From an uncultured Fimbriimonadaceae bacterium (GTDB lineage Bacteria > Armatimonadota > UBA10988): a stretch of 64,000 nt of DNA. The stretch lies in assembly GCA_964531735.1 (NCBI GenBank), contig CAZHGD010000005.1, positions 4,095 through 68,094 on the forward strand. Reading direction: 5' to 3'. The notes beneath the pieces are model-generated. The model saw only the letters and a program-made list of their open reading frames with translations. It was not told the origin of the DNA and did no database searches. Position numbers and translations under genes: made by a program. Numbering within the stretch: the stretch's first letter is position 1; every line of letters begins with the position of its first letter. Below are positions 19,502 through 28,820 of the stretch, one piece after another.

Positions 19502-21541
19502 ATGCGGACCTGGATCGACAACACGCTGGGCCATCCGCGGCTGATGATCGACGGGCAGCCGACGCCGGCCTTCACTTACCGCTCGTTTCGCCCGCAGCAG
19601 CGCTACGTGACGGAGTTCAGCGAGCTGGGCCTGCCCATCGTCAACTGCCAGGTGTCCGGGCGCGTCTGCACTCTGGACGTGCCGTACAGCACCTATGGCG
19701 GCGCCTGGGTGGGGCCCGACGCCTACGACCCGGCGCCGATTGACGCGCAGATGGCCGATCTGGCCGACTGGTCGGGCAACCGGCCGGTGCTGATGATGCT
19801 CGACCTCAACCCACCCACCTGGTGGCTGGAGGCGCATCCGGGGCACCCCGATCCGTTTGTGGAACTGGCCGAGGCCGCCAGTTCGGCGGCCTGGCGGGCC
19901 GACGCCGACGCCTATCTGCGCTGGGCACTGGAGTACTGCGAAGGCCGTTACGGTGAGCGGACCATCGGCTACGCGGTCCTCGGCGGGCGCACCCATGAGT
20001 GGTTCTGCCACCAGGACGTCAACGACCATCCGCTGAAGGTGGCCGCGGCCGAAGCCGCCACCGGCCGGGCCTGGCCGTCGCGGGCGGAGCGCGAGACGGC
20101 GTTTGCCTGGGGGCAGTTCCGCGACCCGGTGGCGCAGGCCGACGCGGTGGCCGCCTGGTGCTTCCACAACGAGCAGATCGCCGATCTGCTGCTGGGCTTC
20201 GCCGCCACCGCGCAGGGGGTCCTGCAGCACCGCAAGCTGGTCGGTGCGTTCTTCGGCTACCTGCTCCAGTTCGGCGGCCGGCAACTGCTGTTTGGTGGCC
20301 ACCTCGGCGCCGACCGCGTGTTCGCCAGCGACGACCTCGACTTCTTCCTCTGTCCGGCCAACTACAGCCATCGGCGCTCCGACCAGGTGAGCAGCTTCAT
20401 GATGCCCATCGACGCCTTGCGCCGCCGGGGCAAGCTGGCGCTGCTGGAGTTCGATCACATCACGCCGACGGCGGTGGCCAGCGTGGAGGGTCACCCGATC
20501 CCCGGCCACGACTCCCGGCTGGCCACGGTCGACGAGGCCGCCGGGCTGATGGGGCGCGACGCCTGCCTGGCGCTGGCCAAGGGCGAAGGGTTGTGGTGGT
20601 TCGACATGTTCGGCGGCTGGTTCGACCACGACCGCTTCCGCGCCGTCGCCGGCGCCACCGAGCGGGCCGCCGAGGCGCTGCTCGACCAGCCGTACGAGTC
20701 GGTGGCCGAGATCGCCGTGGTGGTGGACGCCGCGTCGCTCTACTACGTCGACAGCCGCGGCGAGCTGGCCCACAGTCTGTTGCTCGAGCAACTCGACGGT
20801 CTCGGCCGTTGTGGCGCGCCCTACGACATCATCCTGACTGGTGACCTGCTCGACCCGGCGTTCTCGTCTGAGCGCTACCAGTTGGTGGTGTTCCCCGACG
20901 CGTTCCGCGTCACACCGGAAGCGCGCCGGGTGATCGAGCAGATGCAGCGTGGGCGCACGCTGGTCTGGGTCTACGCGCCGGGTCTGGTGGGCGAAGGCGG
21001 GCTCGACGTCGACGCCATGACGGCGCTATGCGGGCTGCCGTTCACCCCGGTGGACGCGGTGCAGACCGTGACGCTGTCGGATGGTGCGGCGTACGGCTTC
21101 CGCCGGCCGCAGGCGCCCGGGTTCGAGGTGACCGAAGGTGCCGGACTGGAGACCCTCGGCCGCACACCGAGCGGCGGTGCCGGGCTGGTGTGGTCCGAGC
21201 GCGACGGCGGTCAGACGGTCTACTCAGCCGTGGGACCGCTGCCGGGCTGGCTGCTGCGCCAACTCGCCGCGCGCGCCGGCGTGCATCTCTACTGCACCGA
21301 TGACGACCCGCTGTACGTGAGCAATCAGGTGCTGGGCCTGCACGCCCCGCGGGCGACGGTGCGCCGCGTGTGGCTGCCGGGCCAGCGGGCGCTGCAGCCG
21401 TTGCTGGCCACGCGCGAGGGCGGTGCCGAGGCGGCGGGCACGCCGGTGGCGCAGCTCGATGTGGCCAGCGGGCGCTGGTTTGTCGATGTGCCGCTGGAAG
21501 CCTATGAGGCGCGGCTGCTGGCCTGGCAGCCGGCGGAGTAG
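19502..21541 (+). CDS. hypothetical cytoplasmic protein (679 aa), possibly a glycoside-hydrolase-like TIM barrel
   Basis: GGGAGA SD. Protein-like composition and no signal peptide. The functional family is not recognised. Confidence 0.65.
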   Translation: MRTWIDNTLGHPRLMIDGQPTPAFTYRSFRPQQRYVTEFSELGLPIVNCQVSGRVCTLDVPYSTYGGAWVGPDAYDPAPIDAQMADLADWSGNRPVLMMLDLNPPTWWLEAHPGHPDPFVELAEAASSAAWRADADAYLRWALEYCEGRYGERTIGYAVLGGRTHEWFCHQDVNDHPLKVAAAEAATGRAWPSRAERETAFAWGQFRDPVAQADAVAAWCFHNEQIADLLLGFAATAQGVLQHRKLVGAFFGYLLQFGGRQLLFGGHLGADRVFASDDLDFFLCPANYSHRRSDQVSSFMMPIDALRRRGKLALLEFDHITPTAVASVEGHPIPGHDSRLATVDEAAGLMGRDACLALAKGEGLWWFDMFGGWFDHDRFRAVAGATERAAEALLDQPYESVAEIAVVVDAASLYYVDSRGELAHSLLLEQLDGLGRCGAPYDIILTGDLLDPAFSSERYQLVVFPDAFRVTPEARRVIEQMQRGRTLVWVYAPGLVGEGGLDVDAMTALCGLPFTPVDAVQTVTLSDGAAYGFRRPQAPGFEVTEGAGLETLGRTPSGGAGLVWSERDGGQTVYSAVGPLPGWLLRQLAARAGVHLYCTDDDPLYVSNQVLGLHAPRATVRRVWLPGQRALQPLLATREGGAEAAGTPVAQLDVASGRWFVDVPLEAYEARLLAWQPAE

Positions 21542-21577
21542 TGGCGTGGCGCGCGGTGGCGCGCCGGGGAGAGAACC

Positions 21578-22987
21578 ATGCCATCGGACGCTTTGGTGGA
21601 GTGCGTATCCGGCGGGCTGACGCCGGTGGGTCGGTTGGCCACGAAGACGTCGGCCGAGATTGGCGCCTCGTGCTTCTCGGTCGGCGTCGAGACGCTCGAC
21701 CGCGGCATGTGGGACTTCGACCGCGGGCTGCCGGCCATCGTGCCACTGGGAGCCAAGTGGGCTCGGGTGCAGACCGGCTGGGGCAAGTGCGAGACCACGC
21801 GCGGCGTCTACGACTTCGCCTGGCTCGACCACATTGTCGATGCCCTGCTGGCGGCCGGCATCGAGCCGTGGTTCAACGTGGGCTACGGCAACCAGCTCTA
21901 CCTGCCGGACGCGCCGCACCCCACCGCGGTCGGCTGGACGCCGATCCACGACGAGGGCGCGCGCGCCGGCTGGGCCGGCTTCACCGCGGCGCTGGCGCAG
22001 CACTTCGCCGGGCGCGTGAGCTGGTACGAGGTGTGGAACGAGCCGGACATCTCGGCCTTCTGGACGCCTTACGAGTCCACGCCGGAGAGCTACACCGACC
22101 TGGCGATCCTGACCGCGCAGAGTCTGCGCCGCGGCGATCGGAACGCCAAGGTGGTCGGCGGCGCGGTGGCCGCGGCGCTCTACCACCGTGGGCTGGAGTG
22201 GATCCACGGCTGCTTCGAGCACGGCCTGGGCGAGCACATCGACGCCTTCAGCTTCCACCAGTACACGCCGACGCCCGAGCGCGAATACGAGACCATCGCG
22301 CCGTCGCTCAAGGCTCTGGTACACAGCTATCGCCCGGGTCTGCCGATCTGGCAGGGCGAGTCGGGCGCGCCGTCGAAAGCGGTGCCAGGTCAGGCGCTGG
22401 CCGACTGCGTCTTCGACGAGGATCGGCAGGCTCGCTGGAACACGCGGCGAGCGCTGCTCGACCTGCGGCACGGGATGACGCTGAGCGCGTTCTTCTGCGC
22501 CGCCGACTTCCAGTTCTACATCGTCAAGGACCAGTTGGTGGAGAAGGAGTACTACTTCGGCCTGCTGGCGGGCAAGGAGTTCCGGCCGAAGCCCTCGTTC
22601 TACGCGGCGCAGAGCCTCTGTACGCTGTTTGCCGGCGACATTCGCCGCGCCGACGAGGCCAACCCGGTGCTGCGTCTGCCGGCTGAAGCGAACCCGAGCG
22701 AGGCGCGCGCGGTGGTCTTCGAGACCAGCTACGGGCCGTTGCTGGCGTACTACCAGGCCCACCACATGATGCAGCCGCTGACGCCGGCGGCCGGTGAGCT
22801 GTCGGTCTGGCTGCCGCACCGCTGGGAGCTGCGCGAGCCGGTGCTGATCGACCCGATCAGCCAGCGCGCCTACGCGGTGCCGAGCGAGCCGGCGAAGGCC
22901 GGCGTGCAACGCTGGCGAGTGCCGGTGGGCGACTGGCCGCTGCTGCTGGGCGAACGGGCGCGGCTGCCGTTGGTGGCGAGGTCCTGA
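21578..22987 (+). CDS. glycoside hydrolase, clan GH-A (GH5/GH39-like)
   Basis: WYEVWNEPD (acid/base NEP motif) and IWQGESG (candidate nucleophile Glu). GGGGAGA SD. No signal peptide. Confidence 0.75.
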   Translation: MPSDALVECVSGGLTPVGRLATKTSAEIGASCFSVGVETLDRGMWDFDRGLPAIVPLGAKWARVQTGWGKCETTRGVYDFAWLDHIVDALLAAGIEPWFNVGYGNQLYLPDAPHPTAVGWTPIHDEGARAGWAGFTAALAQHFAGRVSWYEVWNEPDISAFWTPYESTPESYTDLAILTAQSLRRGDRNAKVVGGAVAAALYHRGLEWIHGCFEHGLGEHIDAFSFHQYTPTPEREYETIAPSLKALVHSYRPGLPIWQGESGAPSKAVPGQALADCVFDEDRQARWNTRRALLDLRHGMTLSAFFCAADFQFYIVKDQLVEKEYYFGLLAGKEFRPKPSFYAAQSLCTLFAGDIRRADEANPVLRLPAEANPSEARAVVFETSYGPLLAYYQAHHMMQPLTPAAGELSVWLPHRWELREPVLIDPISQRAYAVPSEPAKAGVQRWRVPVGDWPLLLGERARLPLVARS

Positions 22988-23138
22988 CACCGGGGCGGCG
23001 CGGGCGCCCTCGCGGGAGGGCACCCGCGCCACCGCCGTGATGGACGAGCAGAATCTCGCCGGCCGCCGAGATTCCACTGGAACAAACGTTCGCTTTGCGC
23101 TACCCTCCGAGCAACGCCGGGCACGGAGGGTACTGACG

Positions 23139-24059
23139 ATGATCCTCTCGGTCAGCCGGAAGACCGACATTCCGACCTTCTACGGTCAGTGGTTTCGCAA
23201 TCGGTTGCGCGCGGGCTACTGCAAGACCGTCAACGCCTACAACCGCCGCCAGCATCGGACCGTCTCGTTGCGGCCGGGCGATGTCGATGGGTACGTGTTC
23301 TGGACCAAGAACTGCGGGCCGTTCTTCGACGCGCTGGACGAGGTCCACGAGACCGGAGTGCCGTTCGTCGTCCACTACACCGTCAACCCGTACCCGCGGG
23401 CGATCGAGCGTGCGGTGGTGGACACGGCGCGCGCGGTGCGGCATTGCCACACCGTGGCGCAGCGGTACGGGCCGTTGTCGCTGGTCTGGCGGTACGACCC
23501 GGTGATCGTCTCGGAGCTGACGCCGCCCGAGTGGCATGTGCGCGAGTTCGCCAACTTGGCCGCACAACTCGAGGGCTGCTGCGACGAGGTGGCCACCAAG
23601 TTCGTCAATCCTTACCGCAAGACGCGCCGCGGTCTGGACCAGGTGGCCGCGGAGGAAGGCTGCCGCTGGTGGGACCCGCCGGCGGACGAGAAGGCGGAGC
23701 TGCTGCAACGGTTGGCCGTCATCGCCGCGCGGCACGGCCTGGCGCTGCGCACCTGCTGCCAGACCGCGCTGCTGGGCAACGGCGTGGAGCCGGCGATCTG
23801 CATCGACGCGGCCCGGCTGACCGCCATCAGCGGACGGGCCTTCGCCGCGCCGAAGCGGCCGATTCGGGCCGAATGCCGCTGCGCCGCGTCGCTCGACATC
23901 GGCGAGTACGACACCTGCCCGCACGGCTGCGCCTACTGCTACGCCGTGCAGCGGCGGCCCGTGGCCATCGCCCGGCACCGGCAACACGATCCGCTGGGCG
24001 AGTACCTGTTCCGGCCCGAGACGGTCGCGGCCGAGACGGAGCAGTTGGCGCTGTTCTGA
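23139..24059 (+). CDS. DUF1848-family protein with a C-terminal radical-SAM-like Cys cluster
   Basis: MILSVSRKTDIPTFYGQWF is the canonical DUF1848 N-terminus. C-terminal CPHGCAYC (Cx3Cx2C). GGAGG lies 9 nt upstream of ATG 23139. The ORF-track start at 23037 is an N-terminal extension. Confidence 0.8.
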   Translation: MILSVSRKTDIPTFYGQWFRNRLRAGYCKTVNAYNRRQHRTVSLRPGDVDGYVFWTKNCGPFFDALDEVHETGVPFVVHYTVNPYPRAIERAVVDTARAVRHCHTVAQRYGPLSLVWRYDPVIVSELTPPEWHVREFANLAAQLEGCCDEVATKFVNPYRKTRRGLDQVAAEEGCRWWDPPADEKAELLQRLAVIAARHGLALRTCCQTALLGNGVEPAICIDAARLTAISGRAFAAPKRPIRAECRCAASLDIGEYDTCPHGCAYCYAVQRRPVAIARHRQHDPLGEYLFRPETVAAETEQLALF

Positions 24060-24080
24060 GCCGCCTCGGCCGCGCGCGGG

Positions 24081-24665
24081 CTACAACAGCAGCTCGATCT
24101 CCGCCTTCAGGTCGCCGTCGAGCAGCGCCCACAGGCGCCGGCGCGCGGCCCGCAGGCGACCTTTGGCCTGCCCGTCGGTCAGCCCCGGCGCCGCCGCGCG
24201 CCGAGCCGCGGGCCCGGCGGTGCACGCCAGCAGCAGCGCCCGGTCATCAGCCGACAGCCTCGCCAAGGCCGCCTCGAGCCCCTGCGCCAAGGCACGGCCG
24301 GCCACCTCCTCGTCCGGCGGCCGCGCCGAGTCCACCACCTCGCCTTCCAACAAGTCAGGGCATTCCTCCACTATCGTGGCGAGAGTCTCCAGCGACAGAG
24401 TCCGGCCGCATGGCTCGCGAGCCAGCGTCGTCTCACGCCGGCGGCCCGCCAGGCGCCACGCGCGGCGACGCAGCCAGTGGTGCGCCGCCGCCGGCTCAGC
24501 GGGCATGGCGCCCTTGACCACCTCCTCCGCCAGATCGGCCACCACCTCCTGCGCCTCGCTCCAGCGGCCCAACCGCCGCACCACCAACCGCAACAGCCCC
24601 GCCCGGTGCCGCTCGAACAGCGCCGCCCGCGCCAACACGGCCGAGTCCGTCTCCTCCAGACGCAT
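24081..24665 (-). CDS. ECF-type (sigma-70 family) RNA polymerase sigma factor
   Basis: Region 2 (ALFERHRAGLLRLVVRRLGRWSEAQEV) and region-4 HTH (LSADDRALLLAC...GLTDGQAKGRLRAARRRL). The start was refined to MRLEETD, with GGAG 7 nt upstream. No anti-sigma gene lies downstream. Confidence 0.75.
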   Translation of the reverse strand: MRLEETDSAVLARAALFERHRAGLLRLVVRRLGRWSEAQEVVADLAEEVVKGAMPAEPAAAHHWLRRRAWRLAGRRRETTLAREPCGRTLSLETLATIVEECPDLLEGEVVDSARPPDEEVAGRALAQGLEAALARLSADDRALLLACTAGPAARRAAAPGLTDGQAKGRLRAARRRLWALLDGDLKAEIELLL

Positions 24666-24767
24666 CAACCATCTCCATGGGGTCGGCGACCCACCGTCAC
24701 CATAGAACATCTGTTTGCACTTCGTCAAGAGCCAATTCCCAACAACATGGTGGTTGCGACCAATCGT

Positions 24768-24796
24768 GTTGACACGGTGGCGGCGAGGTGGTACGG
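24768..24796 (+). promoter_or_regulatory. sigma70-like promoter TTGACA-N17-TACGGT in the divergent sigma/LexA-like intergenic region
   Basis: Hexamers read directly, about 40 nt upstream of ATG 24835. Confidence 0.3.
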
Positions 24797-24834
24797 TAGG
24801 CCGCTGCGGGGATGGGTCGGTAAGGTGCCAAGCG

Positions 24835-25566
24835 ATGGGTGAAGAGGCCAACGGCGGCGACCTGCATATCGGGCGGAACATTGACTCGCTGCAGCGGCAG
24901 TTGGGGGTCAGTGACGAGGATATGCTGGCGGAGCTGGGGCTGAGCTACAACCGCTTCTGGGACATGAAGCGACGGGAGTGGGCCCAGAAGCGCACCGTGG
25001 CGCAGGTGGCGGCAGCGCTGTCGCGCCTGTCGGGGGTGGCGGTGCAGCCCGACCAGGTGATGACCGGGCGGCTACGGCCGGAGGACTTCGGCCGGCGGGC
25101 GGTGGCCGAGTTCCTGCGCCGGGCGCAGGAGCTGGACCCGGCGGACGGCCTGCCGAACGGCGATGGCGTGCGCCTGCCGCGGCTGCATCTGGGCTCGTTG
25201 CCGGCGGGTCCGGCCGAGACGTTCCAGGCAGCCGGCTCCGACCTGGTGGTGCGGGCCGATCCGGGCGACTTCGTGGTCACCGCCGACGGCGACTGCATGT
25301 TGCCCACGCTGGGCCACGGCGACGAGCTGGTCTGCGTGTTCACCGAGCAGGCCGACGACGGGCAGTTGGCCGTGGTCAGCTACGCGGATGAGGGCGGCCT
25401 CTGGCAGAGCGGCGTCAAGCGGGTCCGCCGCGATGGCGACCGGCTTTGGCTGTCGTGCGACAATCTCGGCGCCGATTCGCTGGGCCAGCGCCGCTATCCG
25501 GACATTCATCCGGCGGAGCTGCGAATTCATGGTATCGTGGTTGGACTTTGGCGCGCGCTGCGCTAG
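24835..25566 (+). CDS. XRE-HTH / S24 (LexA/UmuD/CI-like) autopeptidase-family regulator with Cys at the nucleophile position
   Basis: The C-terminal domain aligns to UmuD/LexA: GDCM (versus GDSM), LGHGDELVCV, GVKRV (the catalytic Lys), and IHGIVVGLW. The N-terminal HTH is IDSLQRQLGVSDEDMLAELGLS. The Cys codon is TGC at 25294-25296. Confidence 0.75.
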   Translation: MGEEANGGDLHIGRNIDSLQRQLGVSDEDMLAELGLSYNRFWDMKRREWAQKRTVAQVAAALSRLSGVAVQPDQVMTGRLRPEDFGRRAVAEFLRRAQELDPADGLPNGDGVRLPRLHLGSLPAGPAETFQAAGSDLVVRADPGDFVVTADGDCMLPTLGHGDELVCVFTEQADDGQLAVVSYADEGGLWQSGVKRVRRDGDRLWLSCDNLGADSLGQRRYPDIHPAELRIHGIVVGLWRALR

Positions 25567-25599
25567 CAGTGGCGCCCAGTGCCGCGCGAAACGAGGTGC

Positions 25600-26367
25600 G
25601 CCATGCCAGGGCCTGTGGTAGGTATCCAGCCGATCATCTTCGGTGACCGCAAGTTCGAGGACCCGACCGGCTGTCTCGACGAGGTGCGTGAGGCCGGCTT
25701 CTGCGGCGTCGAAGCGCCGAACTACTTCCAGCGCTTCGAGCCCGACAAGGTCAAGCACTGGTTCAACGACCGCGGTCTGGTGGTCCCGGCCACGCACGGC
25801 GGCTACCACGACATCGAGGACCCGGAGAAGCTGACCGCCAATCTGGACTTCGTACAATCGTTCGGCGGGCGCTACATCATCGTCAGCGGCACCAAGGACC
25901 AGACCCTCGAAGGCTACGATGAGTCCATCGAGGTCTTCAACATGGCCGGCGAGATCTGCCGCTCGCGCGGGCTCCGGTTGCTCTATCACAACCACGCCTG
26001 GGAGTTCAAAGAGATCGCTCCGGGCGTGCGCGGCATCGACCGCATCATCGAGCGCACCGATCCGTCGCTGGTGGGTCTGAACATCGATGTCTACTGGGTC
26101 CACGTCGGTGGCGTCGATCCGGCCGAGTTCGTCTACGACTACGGGCACCGCTCCGGCTACTACCACTTCAAAGACGGCGGCGTCGGTGACGATGGCCAGC
26201 CGTACTTCGCGGAGCTGGGTCAAGGCACGGTCGACCTGGCGGCGGCGCTGGAAGCGGCCAAGGAAATGGGCGCGCAGTGGATCGTCTACGAGCAGGATCG
26301 CACCGAGCGCGACACCTTCGATTCGTTGACGATGAGCCGCGAGCACCTGCGCGCCATCGGCGTCTGA
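25600..26367 (+). CDS. sugar phosphate isomerase/epimerase (xylose-isomerase-like TIM barrel)
   Basis: Typical AP_endonuc_2 / XylA-like TIM signature (HFKD, YYHFKDG). AGGTG lies 5 nt upstream of ATG 25600. Confidence 0.85.
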   Translation, partial: AMPGPVVGIQPIIFGDRKFEDPTGCLDEVREAGFCGVEAPNYFQRFEPDKVKHWFNDRGLVVPATHGGYHDIEDPEKLTANLDFVQSFGGRYIIVSGTKDQTLEGYDESIEVFNMAGEICRSRGLRLLYHNHAWEFKEIAPGVRGIDRIIERTDPSLVGLNIDVYWVHVGGVDPAEFVYDYGHRSGYYHFKDGGVGDDGQPYFAELGQGTVDLAAALEAAKEMGAQWIVYEQDRTERDTFDSLTMSREHLRAIGV

Positions 26368-26389
26368 CGGCGGCGGCAGTCTCTTTCCA

Positions 26390-26416
26390 CAGGCCACCGG
26401 CCGCGCCGGTGGCCTG
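26390..26416 (+). terminator. hairpin with a perfect 11-bp stem (CAGGCCACCGG / CCGGTGGCCTG) and a 5-nt loop, followed by TCTGGTG
   Basis: Located 22 bp after the isomerase stop codon. The stem is GC-rich and the U-tract is weak, which is common in high-GC genomes. Confidence 0.4.
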
Positions 26417-26558
26417 TCTGGTGAGGTTGGGCGCTCGGCTGCTCGGGTGGGCGCTGGCCCTCCGCGCGAGGAGCTGGGCCGGCCCGCGATGAGCAAGCGC
26501 CCACGCGACGGGGCCGTTCGCGACCCCCACGAGTTGACGGCCTGGCTGAGGTACAGAC

Positions 26559-27681
26559 ATGGTTGACGCCCTGAAGCAACGGTACGACGCCCTGACCCAC
26601 CGCACCGCGGAAATGGGAGGGTATCTTTGACCTGGCTTCACGCCGGGCCCGGATCGACGAACTGAATGAGCGCACGCTGGCGCCCGGGTTCTGGGATGAC
26701 CAGCAGGCGGCCCAGGACACGCTGAAGGCGTTGGCCAAGGACAAGGCCTACCTCGAGCCTTGGGATGAGCTGGCCGGCCACCTCGACGACGTGGCGGTGA
26801 TGATTGAGTTGGCCGAGGAGGACGCCGAGGAGGCGACCGAAGCCGAGGCCGAGGCCGAGTTGACCGTCGCCGAGCAGTTGCTGGCGCAACTCGAAGTCGC
26901 GGCCATGCTGGGCGGCCCCTACGACGACCACGACGCGATTGTGGAGCTCTCCGCCGGCGCCGGCGGCAACGACGCCTGTGACTGGGCCGAGATGCTGTTC
27001 CGCATGTACACGCGCTGGGCCGAGCGCCAGCGGTTCAAGCCCGAGGTCATCCAGGTCTCGGAGGGTGAGGAAGCCGGCCTACGCTCGGCCACGCTACGCA
27101 TCTCGGGCCGCAACGCCTACGGCCTGTTGCGCGGCGAAGGCGGGGTCCATCGGCTGGTGCGCATCAGCCCGTTCGACTCGAACGCCCGGCGGCACACCTC
27201 GTTTGCCGGCGTCACCGTCATGCCCGATGTGGCCGACGACATCAACATCGAGATCGACGAGGCCTACCTGCGCGTGGACACCTACCGCAGCAGCGGCGCC
27301 GGTGGCCAGCATGTCAACAAGACCGACAGCGCGGTGCGGTTGACGTACCAGCCGCCGGAGCTGGACCGGCCGCTGGTGGTCTCGTGCCAGAACGAGCGCA
27401 GCCAGCACAAGAACAAGTCGACCGCGATGAGCGTGCTCAAGGCGAAGCTCTACGAGATCATGCAGCGCCAGCAAGCCGAGCACCTGTCCGACCTGCGAGG
27501 CAAGGTGGAGGAGTTCGCCTGGGGCAACCAGATCCGCAACTACGTGCTGCACCCCTACCGCATGGTCAAGGACTTGCGCACCGAGGTGGAGACCGGTGAC
27601 ACCGACGGCGTCCTCGACGGTGACCTCGACCGGTTCATCGAGAGCTACCTGCGCCAGACCGCCGGGCAGCACGCGGACTGA
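26559..27681 (+). CDS. prfB: peptide chain release factor 2, requiring a programmed +1 ribosomal frameshift: join(26559..26627, 26629..27681)
   Basis: Frame 0 reads MVDALKQRYDALTHRTAEMGGYL then TGA. The site is GGGAGGG-TAT-CTT-TGA-C at 26615-26631, the canonical RF2 autoregulatory shift site with an SD-like element 3 nt upstream. The +1 frame continues DLASRRARIDELNERTL... through SPFDSNARRHTSFA and GGQHVNKTDSAVRL. Confidence 0.92.
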
Positions 27682-27710
27682 ACCTGAGGCGGCGGCGCCG
27701 GATCGACCGC

Positions 27711-27776
27711 AATTGGGGACAGCATCAATTGGGGACAGTATACTTAACTGCGTGCAGTCAAGTATACTGTCCCCAA
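27711..27776. repeat. conserved palindromic element, copy A: a partial direct repeat AATTGGGGACAGCATC, then TTGGGGACAGTATACTTAA - CTGCGTGCAG - TCAAGTATACTGTCCCCAA
   Basis: 19-nt arms with one mismatch. It is AT-rich (GTATAC core) in 70% GC DNA. It lies between convergent prfB and DUF1559 paralog 2. Copy B at 29701-29753 has the same arm sequence. Confidence 0.5.
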
Positions 27777-27828
27777 GTGCGGTCGCCAATCGCCGCTCTG
27801 GCGCCGCTCTGGCCGGAGCGCGTCGGGC

Positions 27829-28539
27829 TCAGTCGGCGGCTGACGTCCAGTTGGCGTAGGCCATCACGCGGGCCGTGGTGGTGCCCGCGGTGCCGGCGGC
27901 GATGCGCTGCCACTTGACGTGGCCATCCACAAAGGCGATGTTCATGCCTTCGTTGTGCGGGAAGACCAGGTTCCGGGTCTGGTCCCAGGTGTACCCGCAG
28001 CACATGCGGCAGTTCATCTCCAACACCGTGATGGTGCCGGCCGGGTCGCCGATGCTGGCGTCCTTCTGCGGCGTCTCGGGCCGCGCTGCGATCGGCCCTT
28101 GGTTGGCCTGGGCCAGCACGGCGCCGGCGGCGTCCAGCCGGTTGGTGTTGACCCCGTAGCCGGGCGGCGTCGTGCCGGCGCCACGCCCGGTGGTGCCAGG
28201 CTCACAGCTCGCCGCCGGCAAGCCGTAGTTGGTTGACGGACACGAGAAGATCTGGATGTTCTTGATGTACGGGCTGGCCACTTCGCGCCAGTTGGTGTTG
28301 GCGCGCGGGTCTGGCGACACGGTACAGCCCTGCCACCACGCCTTCATGAAGGTCTGGTCGTAGTCGCTCACGTACTGCAGAATGGCCAGCGCCATCTGTT
28401 TCTCGTTGGACTGGCAGCTCGACTGCCGCGCCTTCTCGCGCGCTTTGGCAAACACGGGGAACAGGATGGCTGCCAGAATCGCGATAATGGCGATGACGAC
28501 CAGCAGCTCGATCAGCGTGAAACCGCGTCGGTTTCTCAT
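27829..28539 (-). CDS. DUF1559 / H-X9-DG prepilin-like protein (paralog 2)
   Basis: [48 protein letters not shown] and [21 protein letters not shown] lies 6 nt upstream of ATG 28539. A TTGAAA-N17-TACAAC promoter-like pair sits at 28600-28628 on the minus strand. Confidence 0.85.
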   Translation of the reverse strand: MRNRRGFTLIELLVVIAIIAILAAILFPVFAKAREKARQSSCQSNEKQMALAILQYVSDYDQTFMKAWWQGCTVSPDPRANTNWREVASPYIKNIQIFSCPSTNYGLPAASCEPGTTGRGAGTTPPGYGVNTNRLDAAGAVLAQANQGPIAARPETPQKDASIGDPAGTITVLEMNCRMCCGYTWDQTRNLVFPHNEGMNIAFVDGHVKWQRIAAGTAGTTTARVMAYANWTSAAD

Positions 28540-28820
28540 CACCGTCCTCCTCTGGGCTCACCGGACCGAGGTCCGGCCGATCGTCCCTGCGCTGCCACGG
28601 TTGTAACCCATCGGCGACCACGTTTCAACACAAATCGGAAGGGCGCCTCCCGACCGCGCCGGGTCCGGCAACGCCGTCGGCACCCGGCGCCCGGTGTCGG
28701 AGCGGCTGCCGGGGGCCTGGCCGACCCGCAGCGTGCCTGACCCGGACCAGACGATCGTGGCCGGAGCGCCGACGCCAAGACGTCAGTCGAGTACCATAGC
28801 CCAGACGTGAGCAAACTCCC

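Noticed and set aside
18677-20791. 704-aa minus-strand ORF, plus similar ORFs at 9385-10950, 21224-23170, 25072-26496 and 46182-47744
   Set aside because: All are antisense to genes with strong family signatures (SDR, hybrid histidine kinase, GH clan A, TIM-barrel isomerase, GRE). All are Arg/Ala/Gly/Pro-rich.
26534-26558. TTGACG hexamer upstream of prfB as a promoter -35
   Set aside because: No acceptable -10 lies at 16-19 bp spacing (only GTACAG/ACATGG). The hexamer is too close to the start codon and is left unannotated.
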